A DNA stretch of 64,000 bases, from the IMG/VR virus record IMGVR_UViG_3300020392_000004, one strand, 5' to 3'. The notes beneath the pieces are model-generated. The model was not told the DNA's origin and did no database searches. It was given only the letters and a program-made list of their open reading frames with translations. The stretch comes from a virus. Shown one piece after another: positions 20,342 through 29,785 of the stretch (position 1 is the first letter of the stretch; the number at the start of each line of letters is the position of its first letter). A program made the translations under genes and the position numbers.

Positions 20342-21246
20342 TGGCAATCAATGACAAGTATAAGGGTAAACCACCAGTCGAGGATTATTTAAAAGACCCT
20401 GGCTATGGTAAAACAACTACTGACAGAATCAAAGCATACATAGGACAACCGATTGTATCGAACAGATTTTTTGTTTCATTCCATGCATTACCTAAAGGCT
20501 TTGGTCAAGCAATACAACAGAGTGGATTACAAGGTTGTGGCCCCTATGCAGATGCATTAAATATTATGTGTCAAGCTGTCACACTGCCAGGCAAAGCTTT
20601 AGATATTGCAGAACATTCAACATTTGGCCCAGATAGAAGTATGCCAGAAGGAAGAGTTGATTTTGGAGATACTGTAGCTCTAACATTTTATTGTGACCCA
20701 TTCTTTTTAGATAGATTTATTATTGAAGAATGGTTAAAAATGGTTCACTCTTCAAATATAGAAACAAATAGTGAACTAAAAGGAATGAATACAATATTCA
20801 GATTCTATGACGAATATGCAAAGAACTGTGAATTTTCAGTTTTTGTTTTGAGAAAAGACGGAACCGTTGCAATGAAATATACATTCCATGAAGCCTATCC
20901 AACATCGTATGACCCTATGTCACTCGATACAGAACAGACAGATACATTGTTAAAGTTTAGTGTTAACATGAATTACAGATATTTTAGTGTAGAATATCCC
21001 GAGACTACAGATAGAATCGAGCTGACACAACCGAAGGAATCAAACTTTTCTATAAGCAGACTAAATAAAGGAAGAAGAGTATTTGATGCAATTCTCGATT
21101 CACTCAAGGTTGCATCAAGATTTAATTCAAAGGCAGGAGATATATTAAATAGTCTATCTAAAGTAGATTCATATATAACTCGTGCTGGGACTATAGGTCG
21201 GGACATAAATCCCGAGTTTATAACTAATAGAAGAAGGGGTCGTTAA
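20341..21246 (+). CDS. gp54: Baseplate tail-tube initiator gp54 (gp19-like fold)
   Basis: NRF.V, C..V.LPG, LTFY.D, EAYP and F.V...Y motifs; gene order. Confidence 0.75.
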   Translation: MAINDKYKGKPPVEDYLKDPGYGKTTTDRIKAYIGQPIVSNRFFVSFHALPKGFGQAIQQSGLQGCGPYADALNIMCQAVTLPGKALDIAEHSTFGPDRSMPEGRVDFGDTVALTFYCDPFFLDRFIIEEWLKMVHSSNIETNSELKGMNTIFRFYDEYAKNCEFSVFVLRKDGTVAMKYTFHEAYPTSYDPMSLDTEQTDTLLKFSVNMNYRYFSVEYPETTDRIELTQPKESNFSISRLNKGRRVFDAILDSLKVASRFNSKAGDILNSLSKVDSYITRAGTIGRDINPEFITNRRRGR

Positions 21247-21267
21247 ACCCCATAGAGGAAATATATT

Positions 21268-21981
21268 ATGGCTTTACCAATACAATCGGCACCGAAGTAT
21301 ACAATTAGTTTACCAAGTGACGGAAAAGAAGTGAAGTTTCGTCCTTTCCTAGTGAAAGAGCAGAAATTACTTATGCTTGCTCAAGAGGAAAATGACGAAG
21401 GGAAAGTTATGGAAGCTGTCAAAGACCTAATAAGGACTGTGACCTTCCAAGAAGTTGAACCTGAAACCTTGCCTATTATCGATATGGAATATTTATTCCT
21501 CAAGATAAGAGCAAAGAGTGTAGGTGAAACTGCAAATATAAAGCTGACTTGCAATGACGCTGATTGCCCAGACGAAGGTCGGGGAACAGGTGATGCAGTC
21601 GTTAACATAGATGAAGTTGAAGTAGTAGGTGACGAACCTGAAATGAAGATTATGATTAATGATGAAATAGGTATCGAGTTTAGATATCCTACAGTTGGAG
21701 ACATGGGTGGAGTAGAAACACTTGACCAAGGTTCTCAAACTATTGAAGTGATAAAGAAATCAATCAAGTCAATCTATACAGAGGAAGATGTTTTTTTAGC
21801 AAAAGATACTTCTGATAATGAACTAACTGAATTCGTAGAGAATTTAACAGTTCAACAATTAGAAAAACTAGGTGGTTTCTTTCAAGCATTACCAAGACTA
21901 CAAAAAGATGTTAGTGCAAAATGTAATACATGTGGAAAAGGTATAGATAAGATTCTTATAGGATTACAGAATTTTTTTTAG
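21268..21981 (+). CDS. gp26: Baseplate hub assembly protein gp26 (tail assembly chaperone)
   Basis: MALP....P.Y...LPS....KFRPFLVKEQK.L, D.EYLFL.IRAKSVGE, a CxxC motif and terminal GLQNFF. Confidence 0.92.
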   Translation: MALPIQSAPKYTISLPSDGKEVKFRPFLVKEQKLLMLAQEENDEGKVMEAVKDLIRTVTFQEVEPETLPIIDMEYLFLKIRAKSVGETANIKLTCNDADCPDEGRGTGDAVVNIDEVEVVGDEPEMKIMINDEIGIEFRYPTVGDMGGVETLDQGSQTIEVIKKSIKSIYTEEDVFLAKDTSDNELTEFVENLTVQQLEKLGGFFQALPRLQKDVSAKCNTCGKGIDKILIGLQNFF

Positions 21982-22175
21982 TAGCCCTTTCACATGAGAA
22001 CTTACTAAACTATTATAACACTAACTTTCAGTTAATGCAACACCACAAGTATTCATTAACTGAACTAGATGATATGATGCCTTGGGAAAGGGAAATATAC
22101 ATCAAACTACTTCTTAATCATCTTGAAGAAGAACGAGAGAGAGAAAGACAAAGAAACTCTCGTGCTAAAAGATAG
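21981..22175 (+). CDS. gp51: gp51-like hub assembly segment, probably expressed as a -1 frameshift extension of gp26
   Basis: Not in the ORF track. The frame reads VALSHENLLNYYNTNFQLMQHHKYSLTELDDMMPWEREIYI...; the first ATG is only at 22035. Confidence 0.85.
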   Translation, partial: VALSHENLLNYYNTNFQLMQHHKYSLTELDDMMPWEREIYIKLLLNHLEEERERERQRNSRAKR

Positions 22176-22184
22176 GAGAGAGAT

Positions 22185-22568
22185 ATGTCCGATAGAGAAA
22201 AATTTTCGGGTGACATGAGTAGGAATGAAGTTGAAATAGACTTAAGCAAGTTTATGGAAATGGTGACAGAGAACAACGACCTCAAACAAAAAATTTGGGA
22301 GTTGGAACATGATAGTAAAACTAACCCTTGGCAGAAATATATATTTCTTGCAAAGGCAGTTGACGCATGGAGAATATGGCCAAGAGCATTTTTAAGTGTT
22401 TACATATTCTTAATTTACTTCGTGGTTATGTGGTTCCTCGATTTAGAAGCACCAACTATGGAACAATCAGGTTTGATATCAATTCTTGTTGGAGCAGGAG
22501 CTGCTTGGTTTGGACTATATGTTAATAGTGCAGCCAAGGAACACGATTCAGACAATCAAAAAAAATAG
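22185..22568 (+). CDS. Membrane protein with 2 TM helices, holin candidate
   Basis: DAWRIWPR followed by two hydrophobic helices; GGAG Shine-Dalgarno. Confidence 0.5.
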   Translation: MSDREKFSGDMSRNEVEIDLSKFMEMVTENNDLKQKIWELEHDSKTNPWQKYIFLAKAVDAWRIWPRAFLSVYIFLIYFVVMWFLDLEAPTMEQSGLISILVGAGAAWFGLYVNSAAKEHDSDNQKK

Positions 22569-22577
22569 GGAGATAAC

Positions 22578-22781
22578 ATGGTAGATTTACAAGAAAAAAT
22601 GGAAAGTCTAGTAAGCATGAAACCTGAATTAGTTGCAGACGGATTAGACGAAAATCAATTGGAATCTGCAAAGAAGTCTTATGAAAATGCACTAGAGATT
22701 TGGGAAACACAAGTCCAAAACCTTCAAGATAGAATTGACGGTAAAGAAGTTTTAGTAGAAGAAGCTGTAGAAGAAGAGTAG
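22578..22781 (+). CDS. Hypothetical acidic coiled-coil protein
   Basis: GGAG Shine-Dalgarno; in the operon. Confidence 0.65.
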   Translation: MVDLQEKMESLVSMKPELVADGLDENQLESAKKSYENALEIWETQVQNLQDRIDGKEVLVEEAVEEE

Positions 22782-22787
22782 TAATCA

Positions 22788-24803
22788 ATGGCAACATTCA
22801 AAGAGTTATTTGAAAAACAGGCGAAGCAAGCATTAGACGAATCCGTCAAGTATCAATTCGCAAAGGGAAAAGAAGAACAAGCCCGAATCAAATATGAAGA
22901 GAAGAGAACAGAAGCTCAACAAGCTCTTGGTGATGTTGCTAAAGCATACAGTGAAGGAAAGGCTACTTTTAAAGCAGCTGCAAGTGACGGATTTGGATTT
23001 ACTGCAACATTCAATCAAATCAATAATGATATCGAAGGTGCATTTGGTTCTGTTGAAGAAAACTTCAAGAAAGGTGCAGACATGGTATCTTCGGGTATGG
23101 CAGATGTTAAAGGTGCCTTTAGTTCGTTTTCAGAAAACTTTAAGAAAGCAAAATTCAACCAATTAGAAAAAAAGACAGACCCCAATAGAGACGGTGGTGT
23201 TGAACTTGAGGGTGTTAAAAAAGAGTTTGGTAGGGCAAATGATGCAATCAAAGAACTCACGGGTGGTATCGTTGATATCGGAGAGTATATTGAAGATGCA
23301 GTAAATGCTGTTAAGGCAGTTGGTGATTTGGTCATGGCACCTTTCAAGATTGCAAACGAAGCTATAAAAGTCACTACAAAATTCTTTACTGGTAAAGAGG
23401 TTGACCTAGGTGGTCAATTAAATGAATGGTGGTCAGGAACAGCACAAGAATTAGATAAAGACGGTAATGTCATAAAACAAGCACAGGAAGGATTCTCTGC
23501 AAAAGTTCAAGCAGCTGGTTCAACTCTAATGGCAGGCGCAAGTGCATTCTTTGCTTCTGTCATGCAATTTATCAAAGGTGGTCTTCGAACAATAGGTGGT
23601 GTATTCGTCACAATAGGAACTGCACTTCAAGGTGCAGCCATAGCATTTATTGGTGGATTCACTGCACTCATGGCTTCTATCGGTGGATTTATTTCTGCAA
23701 CATTAACATTTGCAAGTGGACTTGCTTCAGCAACAATAAGATTTATTGCTTCTAGTGTCACATTCATAGGTGCAACACTTGCCTATGCAGCTGCAGCGTT
23801 AACTACTGGTATTATAAAATTAGTCACAGTAGTCCCTGCCTTTATTGTTGCAGCGGGAACTTTAATCGCAGGTATTATGTCAGCAGTAGGTGCATTCCTT
23901 GTTGCAGCTGCACCGTTCATTGCAATCGGTCTTGCAATTGCCATTGCTGTTGCAGCTCTCATACTGGGTGTAATGTATCTTGTTAAAAACTTTGACGAAA
24001 TTAAAGCAAATATCCAAGAGAAAGTTGCAGCCATAAAAGAAAGAATATCAACTATCATACAAAACATTAAAGACGCATTTGTCAATACATTCCAAATGAT
24101 ATTCGATGCAGTAAGAGAAAAAATCCTACAAATGAAAACTTCGATTCCATTCCTTTCAAGTGATGAGGACTTAAAAGAATTAGAAGAGATTAGAGCAAGA
24201 CAAGAAGAAAGGAAGAAAAAGAAAGACGGAAAAGAAGAAGTCACTGCAACTCCGACTGGATTGGAAGATAAGACTGATGAACAGTTAGAGAACCAACAAA
24301 AATTTGCAAGAAAAGTAATAGACGACAGAGAAGCTTTCATTGCCGAAAAGGAAGCAAAGAATGACTTGGGAGCAGAAGGGAATGCAGCTCGAGCAGAAAA
24401 AATAAGGTCGGGTAAAATGGACGAATTTGTTTACAGTCAGTCAAGAGATATCGAGGGTGGTAAATTTGACCCTAGTCAAACAGAAGGCTTTAGTTCAGAC
24501 TTTTTAGTTGGTAAAGATAGTGAAATCATGACAGAACAAATGGCAAGAATGAAAGCAGAGGCTGAAGCTTCTTCAACAGACCTTGCACCAGTTGACCCTA
24601 ATGCACCAGTTAGTGATATAACACAAGCAAGACAAGCTGTAGATGCAGAGAGAGATGCTGGGGGAGGTGGTTCTGCAACTGTAAATTCAGTAGTTCAAAA
24701 TAATATGAGTGGAACAACAAACAATAATACATACCAACAAGGTCGTCCTACACCAAGGAATGAAGACCCTACTGGTTCTCGTCTTTCAGCAGTTCCTGCT
24801 TAA
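22788..24803 (+). CDS. Tape measure-like protein (gp29 equivalent)
   Basis: 671 aa, helical, with a long Ala/Gly-rich hydrophobic centre and N/T-rich C-terminus; follows gp26/gp51. Confidence 0.75.
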   Translation: MATFKELFEKQAKQALDESVKYQFAKGKEEQARIKYEEKRTEAQQALGDVAKAYSEGKATFKAAASDGFGFTATFNQINNDIEGAFGSVEENFKKGADMVSSGMADVKGAFSSFSENFKKAKFNQLEKKTDPNRDGGVELEGVKKEFGRANDAIKELTGGIVDIGEYIEDAVNAVKAVGDLVMAPFKIANEAIKVTTKFFTGKEVDLGGQLNEWWSGTAQELDKDGNVIKQAQEGFSAKVQAAGSTLMAGASAFFASVMQFIKGGLRTIGGVFVTIGTALQGAAIAFIGGFTALMASIGGFISATLTFASGLASATIRFIASSVTFIGATLAYAAAALTTGIIKLVTVVPAFIVAAGTLIAGIMSAVGAFLVAAAPFIAIGLAIAIAVAALILGVMYLVKNFDEIKANIQEKVAAIKERISTIIQNIKDAFVNTFQMIFDAVREKILQMKTSIPFLSSDEDLKELEEIRARQEERKKKKDGKEEVTATPTGLEDKTDEQLENQQKFARKVIDDREAFIAEKEAKNDLGAEGNAARAEKIRSGKMDEFVYSQSRDIEGGKFDPSQTEGFSSDFLVGKDSEIMTEQMARMKAEAEASSTDLAPVDPNAPVSDITQARQAVDAERDAGGGGSATVNSVVQNNMSGTTNNNTYQQGRPTPRNEDPTGSRLSAVPA

Positions 24804-25021
24804 AATCCTAAATCTTTACCCCAAGGCCCTTCGTAATTAGGTGAGGGATATTTGTCTTTTCTTGGAATTGTTTTAGTCTTATCTTTATGGACTTGAGTCT
24901 GTCCATGTTTAGGTGTCTTCTTATGAGGTTTAATTTTCTTTAAGGGTTTACCCCAAATCCTTTCCCAAGCTTCTTCATATTGCTTGGTGTCCTCGGGTCT
25001 TCTTTTAGAACCTTTACCCAA
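24800..25021 (-). CDS. Small basic hypothetical protein
   Basis: Probable TTG start at 25021 (GKGSKRRP...WERIW...HKDKTK..PRK.KY), overlapping the end of rpsU. Confidence 0.55.
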   Translation of the reverse strand: MGKGSKRRPEDTKQYEEAWERIWGKPLKKIKPHKKTPKHGQTQVHKDKTKTIPRKDKYPSPNYEGPWGKDLGF

Positions 25022-25262
25022 GTGGGCCCCATTTTCTTCTAGATTGTGCGAGTGCTTCCCTGTGTGCATTAAGTTTTTTTCTTCGTGCAATTTCTTGATT
25101 CTTTTTGTGCTTTTTCTGATTCGGTTTTTCATAATATTGTCTATCACGAACTTCGTTTACAATGTTTGCTCTCTCACACTGCTTTTTAAATCTACGAAGC
25201 ATTCTGTCAAATGGTTCAACATTTTTATTCTTCGGATTTATTCTTGGTTTTACACTTGGCAT
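25014..25262 (-). CDS. rpsU: 30S ribosomal protein bS21
   Basis: MPSVK...[32 protein letters not shown] matches the S21 signature LRRFK.......EV..R..YEKP. Confidence 0.92.
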   Translation of the reverse strand: MPSVKPRINPKNKNVEPFDRMLRRFKKQCERANIVNEVRDRQYYEKPNQKKHKKNQEIARRKKLNAHREALAQSRRKWGPLG

Positions 25263-26143
25263 TATTTAAAAAATTGTTCTAAAGATTCCTCTTTGTTTTT
25301 AATCTTGTCTGAACTAGAAACTAGTTCCCCTTCTTTTCGGAATACTAAAATGTATTCATGAACTTTACTTGTATATCTTTTACTTGCACACTTACCCATT
25401 TGTAAAGCTGCAAAGATAGTATCGTTCTTCATGACTATAATGTCATGTAATATCAGTCCCGATTTAGTGAACATATTTATGCAATCAGAATGGAAGGGTC
25501 TGTATTGACCACCTCGTCTCCAATCTCCACATACCCAAACACAAAAACCGCCTGGGACTAAAACTCTTTCCATGTTATCACCACATACTTGTATTCTATC
25601 ACAGAACTTTTTGTAGTCTCTTATGTCTGATAACTGACCTGTTGCACTCTCATACTTTTCTATATCACCGTATGGTGGACAAGTAAGAATCATGTGTGCA
25701 AAGTTATCGGGTGTTGCATTCATTTCACACCCGTCTTCCTCATGAATCACTGCGTCTAATTCATGTCTTTTTAATTCTTCTCTAACCTTCTGAACTGTCA
25801 TAGGTGAAACATCATATCCAAAGTATTGTCTTCCTAGAGATTGAGAAACAAATGCTCTTGTCAATCTTCCAGCAAAAGGGTCTACTATTGTATCCCCAAC
25901 CATACTCCAATAATGAATTAGATTCTCTGCTAGTCCAGCATGAAACTCTGACATCATTAATCCATTTGGAAGTCTTTCACATATCCCTCTCTTCTCTTCA
26001 TATGCAGTTAGGTATGCGTCTTCCCAATTGTTCTTTGAAGATTTAGTAGGTGTTATTACTGATTGTGGACTCCAACCAAACTGGTCAACGACTCTTTCGT
26101 TCTCGTTGAATGGTAATATGTTTTTGTAGTATTCACTCTTCAT
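25262..26143 (-). CDS. DNA amino-methyltransferase (N4-C/N6-A family)
   Basis: SAM-binding DPFAG, catalytic TCPPY, and L.PGG and HEYILVF.K motifs. Confidence 0.85.
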   Translation of the reverse strand: MKSEYYKNILPFNENERVVDQFGWSPQSVITPTKSSKNNWEDAYLTAYEEKRGICERLPNGLMMSEFHAGLAENLIHYWSMVGDTIVDPFAGRLTRAFVSQSLGRQYFGYDVSPMTVQKVREELKRHELDAVIHEEDGCEMNATPDNFAHMILTCPPYGDIEKYESATGQLSDIRDYKKFCDRIQVCGDNMERVLVPGGFCVWVCGDWRRGGQYRPFHSDCINMFTKSGLILHDIIVMKNDTIFAALQMGKCASKRYTSKVHEYILVFRKEGELVSSSDKIKNKEESLEQFFK

Positions 26144-26154
26144 AATAATAAAGT

Positions 26155-26310
26155 GTTAAGTCACCCCACGCCTTACAGCAACCCGTTCTTAACCGATTGA
26201 CCCGCAATGTTGCCGTCAATCTTTCCCTTACGAAGCACCCCCAATTTTTTCCACGGTCTTCGTGTTGTGGTCGTCTGTTTCAAGGACACATTATAAAACA
26301 CGACCACCCC
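26155..26310 (-). ncRNA. Candidate structured RNA between gp32 and the methyltransferase
   Basis: GC-rich intergenic region with four stems and two possible pseudoknot/kissing interactions (see findings). Confidence 0.55.
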
Positions 26311-26320
26311 AAATTAGAAA

Positions 26321-27220
26321 TTAACTATCTGAAGCTAACTTCTTAAAGTAATCCATCGCGTCATCTTCTGATTCACCTACAGAAGCTTCTGCTGATGCGA
26401 TTACAGGTTCTTCTGCAACTGAATCAGTATTCACATTTCCCCAAGGCACTTCTTCTTGGTCTTCTGCAATTGATTCTGCTGTAGAATTACTTACACCACC
26501 AGTGAGACCTAGAACTCTATCTAGTTTCTCTTTGAGTTCTTCGTAAGACTTAAACTCATTTGGTGATATCACATCTGATAATGAATGTGTTGAACTATTT
26601 ATATCATTCAACCTACTTTCATCATCAAAAAGTGGTGCTGGTGTATCGAACTCTGACTTGTCATAGTTCCAATAACCGTCTACTTTTCTAATCTTGATTT
26701 TGAAGTTTGCACCTTCTCCTCTTAAGTCAAAAGGATTGATTGCTGCATCGTCCTCAAATTGAGGATTGAGTGCGTCTCTCAAATGTTCAAAGATTTTTTT
26801 ACCGTATCTGTATTTGAATACTTTACCTTCGTTGTCGGGATTCTTTGGGTCTGAAACAACATAGACATTAGAAACATAATGAAGTCTACGCTTCTGTTTC
26901 CTTGCTTGGTCTTTGTTTGCTTCAATACCTGTATTCCACAACTGTGTGTTGTATTCAGACACAGGGTCTTTCTTGTTAAGAGTAGTCAGAGACTTCTCTA
27001 TATACCAACCGCCAGGGCCTTGAAAGCCATGATCCCAGTATGAGACCCATGGGTTTTCTTCTCCTTCGGGTGTAGGTAAGAAACGAATGATTGCAAACCC
27101 ATTACCAGTTTTATCCAGTTCGGGTTTCCACATTGTTTCATCGGAATAGGACTTTTTTTCTCCTTGAGTCGGAGACGCAGATTCCATTGCTGCGCGTAGT
27201 TTATCTAATGATGTCGACAT
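26321..27220 (-). CDS. gp32: Single-stranded DNA-binding protein gp32
   Basis: DKTGNG.A.IRFLP, HGFQGPGGWYIE.SLTT, GKKIF and GANFK.KI...GY.NYDKSEF motifs; acidic tail. Confidence 0.97.
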   Translation of the reverse strand: MSTSLDKLRAAMESASPTQGEKKSYSDETMWKPELDKTGNGFAIIRFLPTPEGEENPWVSYWDHGFQGPGGWYIEKSLTTLNKKDPVSEYNTQLWNTGIEANKDQARKQKRRLHYVSNVYVVSDPKNPDNEGKVFKYRYGKKIFEHLRDALNPQFEDDAAINPFDLRGEGANFKIKIRKVDGYWNYDKSEFDTPAPLFDDESRLNDINSSTHSLSDVISPNEFKSYEELKEKLDRVLGLTGGVSNSTAESIAEDQEEVPWGNVNTDSVAEEPVIASAEASVGESEDDAMDYFKKLASDS

Positions 27221-27252
27221 TGTATCTCCTCGTATCGCATTGTATTAGCATT

Positions 27253-27996
27253 TTATTGAAAGTCAAAAAGAGAACTTTCTCCTAATGACCACCTATCCTT
27301 ACTATTTTCATAATAAGTAAGTTCATTATATATGATAGGTTGTTTGTTGTCTAGAGGGTTTTCGAAAAAAACATCTATATCTTCAAACAACTTATCTTTC
27401 AATAAAGACACAAACTGAAATCTTTGAATCCAGTAAATTGTATCTTCTTTAGTATATTTAGTCTTATATTTAAGCAGTCCTGTATTTTCGTATACATTTC
27501 CTACACTATCTAAACTAGGGTCTAGTGCATCGAAACCTACTAATGTTATCGCTTTGTGTCCTTGTTCAGCTGCATATCCTAGTGCTGTTATTCCACAGAA
27601 AGTATTCTTGAGCTTTGGATAATTATACATAATAATGTTGTCGCCCAGAGAACTATTATAGCTAGTAAGAAATACTTCTTCACCTTCACCTTGAACAACA
27701 AAATGTGTGTCGTCCTCGGAACGATTTTCAATTACTTTCATATTCCCGTATGCAAACTTCATTTGGTCGTATAGTTCTATCTCCATAGGGTTCCAATCTC
27801 CCACTGCAATAGGCATATCTTTATAAACTCCAGCTTCGAAAACTTCGTGTTGGACGGGAATGTCATGAACAAATAATATATCGGGGACTGCTTCAGTATA
27901 GATTCCATTACACCCATACCACTCACAACCATAAGCACGACACTTTTCTAAATCAAAGTCTTTTCGACTTGGCCCATTCCCCACTATGTAGAGCAT
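27253..27996 (-). CDS. Hypothetical protein, DUF115/sialyltransferase-like Rossmann fold
   Basis: YIVGNGPSR, YGCN and I.LVGFD motifs. Confidence 0.55.
   Translation of the reverse strand: MLYIVGNGPSRKDFDLEKCRAYGCEWYGCNGIYTEAVPDILFVHDIPVQHEVFEAGVYKDMPIAVGDWNPMEIELYDQMKFAYGNMKVIENRSEDDTHFVVQGEGEEVFLTSYNSSLGDNIIMYNYPKLKNTFCGITALGYAAEQGHKAITLVGFDALDPSLDSVGNVYENTGLLKYKTKYTKEDTIYWIQRFQFVSLLKDKLFEDIDVFFENPLDNKQPIIYNELTYYENSKDRWSLGESSLFDFQ
27325..27353 (-). promoter_or_regulatory. Sigma70-type promoter for gp32
   Basis: TAGACA-17-TATAAT inside the upstream gene. Confidence 0.65.
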
Positions 27997-28577
27997 AGTT
28001 CTATTAACCTCTTTTTATATTCTTGTTGTGGATAAGATAAGAAAGCTTTGTATTTGTTTATCTTAATATGAACATCGGGATATACAACCTTTTCTTGTAT
28101 GAGTCTTTCCCAGTCTTTACTGAATCCGATTATCTCGTCCATGATACAAAGTGTCTCTAGACTTATCTGACTTCCTAGATATGCTTTTAATAGTCTAGGG
28201 TGTTGTCCTTTACTTACCTTGAGTAAAGTATCTATCTTATATTTTCTTAACTGGTCTGATACTTCTGTCTCAAACATGTATTTTAGTTTTTGTTGTCTCT
28301 TCTTCCATTCTCTGTATCGTCCTTCACTCTCATTGTCTAGAAGGTCACCAGCCCATAAGTCATAAACAGAAAGATTTGCAATATAAAAATCTTGTAGATT
28401 GTTCTTATATTTTTTATACAGTTTACCAAAATGGTATTTGTCTTTTCGTTTTACAAACGAATTGATATCTGCTTTAACCTTTCCGTTATATGTGACAAAG
28501 TTATAATCTTTAGAATAGAAGTGTAGCTTTATAGCAAGATAAAGTGTGTATGCATCATATCCTTCACGACTTGTCAT
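27984..28577 (-). CDS. gp59: Helicase loader gp59
   Basis: YL.IKLHF....Y....Y.GK, F.KRKDKY.F and ISLET motifs. Confidence 0.92.
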   Translation of the reverse strand: MTSREGYDAYTLYLAIKLHFYSKDYNFVTYNGKVKADINSFVKRKDKYHFGKLYKKYKNNLQDFYIANLSVYDLWAGDLLDNESEGRYREWKKRQQKLKYMFETEVSDQLRKYKIDTLLKVSKGQHPRLLKAYLGSQISLETLCIMDEIIGFSKDWERLIQEKVVYPDVHIKINKYKAFLSYPQQEYKKRLIELCST

Positions 28578-28849
28578 TACTTAACTAATTGTATATTAGT
28601 TGTTGCCTCGGTGTGTGCTTTACTTACTTGTTCGTTAGTAGGAACTATATACACTGGATTCATGAATGTCACCGTATCGGGATTCTCTTCACCCGTCACT
28701 GCAACACCCCTTGCAAAACCCATACCCTCTTTGGTTTGGATTATCATTCTTGGTTTACTTAAAGTCACCCTTAAGTCTTGTTGGGATTCTAGTATACCAA
28801 CATACTCTCCGCTGATTGTCACCACTGTGACTGTATCACCTTTTTCCAT
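28577..28849 (-). CDS. Conserved hypothetical protein, possible Sm/Hfq-like fold
   Basis: V.V...SGE.VG.L......V.L..P pattern. Confidence 0.5.
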   Translation of the reverse strand: MEKGDTVTVVTISGEYVGILESQQDLRVTLSKPRMIIQTKEGMGFARGVAVTGEENPDTVTFMNPVYIVPTNEQVSKAHTEATTNIQLVK

Positions 28850-28851
28850 AA

Positions 28852-29094
28852 TTAATCTCCTTTAAAAAACCCCGACAAAGACGATTGACTTCTTGAGGTT
28901 CGATTTATCATATTCAACCCTGTTGCCTCTGCCTCTAACTTTTCTTTTAGAGGTGGAGAGATTAATCTCTTTGCACTCTCGGGTTCAATATTATTTGTTT
29001 CACAAACTTTGATAATGGCTGACATTACATCACAACCTCTACCTTTTGTTAACAATTTTTCCACTTGTTCAGTAAATTCTTTTCTAGTTATCAT
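28852..29094 (-). CDS. gp33: Late transcription coactivator gp33
   Basis: F...VE......AI...CE...IE.E....LIS.PLKEKL..EA..LN motif. Confidence 0.92.
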   Translation of the reverse strand: MITRKEFTEQVEKLLTKGRGCDVMSAIIKVCETNNIEPESAKRLISPPLKEKLEAEATGLNMINRTSRSQSSLSGFFKGD

Positions 29095-29774
29095 TATACA
29101 CCATATAAATTTTTGTATTGTTTTCTCAAGTCAACCAACTTGTCAACATATTCTACAGGATTACAGAAGAACATTTGAAAAGTATTCAGACCTTCCACTC
29201 CAACTAAAGCCATACACTCTTCGATAGGGTGACCTGTTAGTTCTTCCACCATAAGTGCATAAGCTGTCATTTGAATAAACCATGGTTCTGCCATGTAGTC
29301 TTCTTTCATCTTTGCACTTGATTTAAAATCGATAATACATAATTTACCTTCGAACATTCCTACACAATCTACGCGTCCTGCCATTTTTAAATTAGGACTC
29401 CATAGTGGTGCTTCTAACGCAAGTGGAACTATCTCGTCAAGAATTGGTTGGACTGCTTTAAACATTCCTTCTTGAAGTATATTATCAAACTCTATAAATT
29501 CTTTTTCTTTCCGAAGATAATCTTCGACATGTTGGTGAAACTTTGTTCCTCTTCTTGCAGCCTGTGTGGATACTTTGTTTGCTTCTTTGTCACCAACTCG
29601 TTCTCTCCACAATTTGATATGGTCTCTTGTTAATAGACCTGCGACTGTGGTGACACTTGGATATGCATTTCCAGCGTCGTCTATGTAATGTCTTTTACCG
29701 TCTCTTGTTTCTGTTTTGAGTTGGATATTCTCCAGTTCGGGAATATCATATAGGGTTGTTCTCACTTTAGTCAT
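29094..29774 (-). CDS. PD-(D/E)XK exonuclease
   Basis: YPSVTT, W...VG, RGT.FH, AGRVDC...IIDFKS and Q..AY motifs. Confidence 0.88.
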   Translation of the reverse strand: MTKVRTTLYDIPELENIQLKTETRDGKRHYIDDAGNAYPSVTTVAGLLTRDHIKLWRERVGDKEANKVSTQAARRGTKFHQHVEDYLRKEKEFIEFDNILQEGMFKAVQPILDEIVPLALEAPLWSPNLKMAGRVDCVGMFEGKLCIIDFKSSAKMKEDYMAEPWFIQMTAYALMVEELTGHPIEECMALVGVEGLNTFQMFFCNPVEYVDKLVDLRKQYKNLYGV

Positions 29775-29785
29775 AGTTTATTGTA

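Noticed and set aside
26144-26320. SAM riboswitch, tmRNA or RNase P identity for the intergenic RNA
   Set aside because: Lacks the signatures as I know them: no T-arm/CCA, no GAGGAAAGUCC...ACAGAA core, and no SAM-II/V consensus.
29094-29774. Cas4 as part of a CRISPR system
   Set aside because: No four-Cys Fe-S set and no cas neighbours. This is the standard T4-like exonuclease next to gp33.
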